A stretch of DNA of 64,000 nucleotides from Anthoceros angustus (taxonomy: Eukaryota; Plantae; Anthocerotophyta). The notes beneath the pieces were generated by a model. It saw only the letters and a list, made by a program, of their open reading frames with translations, was not told where the DNA came from and searched no databases. The DNA lies in the NCBI GenBank assembly GCA_010909165.1, contig MU008163.1, forward strand, positions 682,001 through 746,000, read 5' to 3'. Shown in pieces: positions 63,672 through 64,000 of the stretch (positions within the stretch are counted from its first letter, which is position 1; each line of letters opens with the position of its first letter). A program made the position numbers and the translations under genes.

Positions 63672-63956
63672 CTTTGTTTAGCGCCATCAGATGGCACGTC
63701 CACATTTGTGCCCGTAACATGAAGGCACTGGGCGGTATTACATTTCACTGTTTTCTGTACATCCCAGTGATCGTGGGTTTACATGTCTTTTTCCAATAGC
63801 GAATCCCTCCGAGAAGGCACAGGTGTGCAAATGAACCACCCCCCACGGCCTTCTCCCACATCCGGGTGTGCTAACGCCTGCTGGACATGTCGGGCAAACG
63901 TGAATGGCCCGGTTTTGTGGTCACTTCGATATCGATACACCTTCCTTGTGTCCTTC

Positions 63957-64000
63957 CGGTATGTAAATCCCCCACCTCGAGATCCCCTGCATTTGATTCA
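63957..64000 (+). other. Start of intron 1 of a third thaumatin-like gene copy (exon 1 absent)
   Basis: CGGTATGTAAATCCCCCACCTCGAGATCCCCTGCATTTGATTCA is identical to 39493-39536. Confidence 0.85.

Noticed and set aside
62547-64000. In-frame fusion of the orphan ORF to thaumatin exon 2
   Set aside because: The orphan frame stops at 63671 and would meet the donor site in phase 2, whereas the TLP intron is phase 1.
1-64000. tRNA or rRNA genes
   Set aside because: None recognised; only a tRNA-complementary PBS.

Overview
Eukaryotic, transposon-rich plant DNA. A non-seed land plant is inferred from the ~80-200 nt GT-AG introns, Phygy-type Ty3/gypsy, CRE-like LINE, plant-type ADC and CCCTAAA-like remnant. 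Positions 1-35.1 kb are a nested insertion: a Phygy/Athila-like Ty3/gypsy element (A, <1-28169) sits in the gag of a chromodomain-bearing Ty3/gypsy (B, 28170-35135), which sits in exon 2 of a CYP85-clan P450 copy. The most unusual structure is in element A. An AGGA-loop hairpin, PPT and TGTGG start right after integrase (15667), a CCACA end (28169, and 4792 next to the PBS), and the same sequence upstream of the PBS suggest a giant (~5 kb de-duplicated) LTR. That LTR carries its own ORF (Athila env-like/Transposase_32-like domain plus coiled coil) and arrays of CTACC-N0-2-GGTAG palindromes. A diverged homolog of the ORF, with the same palindromes, lies at ~59.7-61.7 kb. Positions 35-52 kb hold a duplicated gene block: two intact thaumatin-like genes facing each other, a 9-exon CYP85-clan P450, P450 fragments and arginine decarboxylase pseudogenes. 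Positions 52-64 kb hold AT-rich repeats, a pogo-like remnant, a dead CRE-like RLE non-LTR element, a deleted copia, an unidentified decayed ORF and the start of a third thaumatin intron. Caveat: homopolymer indels and mosaic duplications switching at 8-10-nt shared words are pervasive, so many frameshifts and tandem duplications are probably assembly or consensus artefacts. All family assignments are from motif recognition, not database searches.
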